From Corynebacterium sp. (GTDB lineage: Bacteria > Actinomycetota > Actinomycetes > Mycobacteriales > Mycobacteriaceae), in the NCBI GenBank assembly GCA_043426695.1, contig JBHWRM010000109.1, positions 24,115 through 88,114 on the forward strand: 64,000 nt of DNA, read 5' to 3'. The notes beneath the pieces are model-generated. The model was not told where the DNA came from. It did not search any database and saw only the letters and a list, made by a program, of their open reading frames with translations. This document shows, piece after piece, positions 62,714 to 64,000 of this stretch; position 1 is the stretch's first letter; the number at the start of each line of letters is the position of its first letter. Both the position numbers and the translations under genes were made by a program.

Positions 62714-63712
62714 TTGCTGGGACTCGTGACGAGCGCATCGAGCACGAAGCGGGATGATTCGAAGAGGCCACGGCGTACATTCCTGGCGATGCTCCTCATC
62801 ACCGTAGCCCTGGTGAGTCTGTTCATCCTGTGGCAGCTCCCCCGCGCCTGGGCGTTCGTGCTGCCGATGCGGTTGACCACCGTAGGTGCGCTCGCCGTGG
62901 CCGGGATCACCGCCGGCGTATCCACCGTGGTCTTTCACACGCTGACCCGTAACCATATTTTGACTCCAGGCCTGATCGGTTTCGATTCAGTTTATGTGCT
63001 GATCAACACGCTGATCGTCTTTTTTCTCGGCAGCAGTGCGCTGAGCGGCTTGCATCCTATTGCGGGATTCTTGCTAAACACGGTGATCATGGTCGTTTTC
63101 GCCGTGGTGGTGTTCAGCCCACTGGTGACATCGAAGACGATGACCCTGGATGTGCTGCTGCTTATCGGAGTGGTGTGCGGGATCTTCTTTAGGTCGCTGG
63201 CCAGCCTTCTGCAGAAGATGATCGACCCCAATGAGTATCAGGTGCTGCAGGACGCCTTCTTCGCATCCTTCACCGGTATCGACCGCCCGCTGCTGGTATT
63301 TACGCTGCTGGTGACGCTCGTTGTTTCCTCCTGGATCTGGCATAAACGCCATGTGCTGGATGTCATGGCGCTGGGGCAAGAGACGTCCATCGGCCTGGGC
63401 GTGGGGTACCGCAAGGAAAGCCTGCTCATGCTCGCAGCCATCACCATCCTGGTAGCGGCCTCCACTGCGCTGGTCGGGCCGATCCTGTTCTTAGGACTCA
63501 TCGTCGCGCACCTGGCTTATCGGGCTACGGGTACGACCCGGCACACATGGACCCTCCCGGTTGCTGCCCTGTTCGGCGTTTCCTCCCTCGTGGGCGCTCA
63601 GTTTATTCTGGGGCAGATCTTTGGCTACGGCACCACCGTCTCCGTGCTGATTGAGTTTGTTGGCGGTATTTTGTTCCTGTTCCTGCTCTTGCGGAAGGAG
63701 AAACTCAAGTGA
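62714..63712 (+). CDS. FecCD-family iron-siderophore permease 2
   Basis: FHTLTRNHILTPGLIGFD, IDPNEY, VGPILFLG and EFVGG motifs; the start may be GTG 62726. Confidence 0.92.
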   Translation: MLGLVTSASSTKRDDSKRPRRTFLAMLLITVALVSLFILWQLPRAWAFVLPMRLTTVGALAVAGITAGVSTVVFHTLTRNHILTPGLIGFDSVYVLINTLIVFFLGSSALSGLHPIAGFLLNTVIMVVFAVVVFSPLVTSKTMTLDVLLLIGVVCGIFFRSLASLLQKMIDPNEYQVLQDAFFASFTGIDRPLLVFTLLVTLVVSSWIWHKRHVLDVMALGQETSIGLGVGYRKESLLMLAAITILVAASTALVGPILFLGLIVAHLAYRATGTTRHTWTLPVAALFGVSSLVGAQFILGQIFGYGTTVSVLIEFVGGILFLFLLLRKEKLK

Positions 63713-64000
63713 TTGAGACCAAGCAACTCAGCAAACGCTACGGTGATTCGCTGGTTTTGGATCACGTCGACCTTCGTATCCCCGAGGGCGGAGTTACCAG
63801 CATCATCGGAGCCAACGGAGCAGGAAAGTCCACCCTGCTGACTGCCATTGCCCGACTCATCGACGCCGATGGCGGTACCGCGGAGGTCGCAGGGATGGAT
63901 GTCTACGCCACAGACACCCGCGAGCTGGCTAAAATTCTCGCGGTCCTGCGGCAGGAAAACCATACCTTGAGTCGCATCCGCGTGCGTGAGCTCGTCGCTT
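63709..64000 (+). CDS. Iron-siderophore ABC ATPase, truncated by the window end
   Basis: GTGA overlap with the permease stop; translates as MIETKQLSKRYG...IIGANGAGKSTLL...LRQEN; absent from the ORF track. Confidence 0.92.
   Translation, partial: MIETKQLSKRYGDSLVLDHVDLRIPEGGVTSIIGANGAGKSTLLTAIARLIDADGGTAEVAGMDVYATDTRELAKILAVLRQENHTLSRIRVRELVA

Noticed and set aside
62696..62720. Internal DtxR-like site between the permease genes
   Set aside because: Only about 10-11 of 19 positions match, and it overlaps the probable ribosome-binding site

Overview
High-GC actinobacterial core-genome segment, clearly Corynebacterium from gene content and order. The pattern of gene losses suggests a lipophilic, non-sugar-using species such as C. 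urealyticum; this is inference and was not verified. Gene order: pnp, dapB-thyX-dapA-rnj, ftsK, terC, pgsA-cinA-clgR-pspA, bioYMN, recA-recX, miaB/miaA/hflX, uraA, sugR-lexA/divS-nrdR, hrpA/oxyR, helicase-PAC2/DUF4192, galE-dtxR-sigB, dtd-methyltransferase, DUF3039-helicase, sigA-ppgK/suhB, dut, rRNA methyltransferase, dxs, and a siderophore ABC operon cut off by the window end. I found no tRNA, rRNA, IS element, prophage or CRISPR array, and no clearly foreign island. The notable signals are non-coding or lie in missing genes. (1) A yybP-ykoY Mn riboswitch with a readable anti-SD switch precedes terC. (2) Tandem DnaA-type boxes precede a DUF4192 gene. (3) An OxyR-type box faces hrpA where ahpCD might be expected. 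(4) dapF, gluABCD and the PTS/fructose block are absent from their usual positions, leaving an orphan DeoR regulator. (5) A CeuE/PiuA-type iron-binding protein sits under two DtxR boxes. (6) recA has a dual-promoter architecture. (7) Many genes appear leaderless. All family calls come from motif recognition and remembered synteny; no database searches were run.
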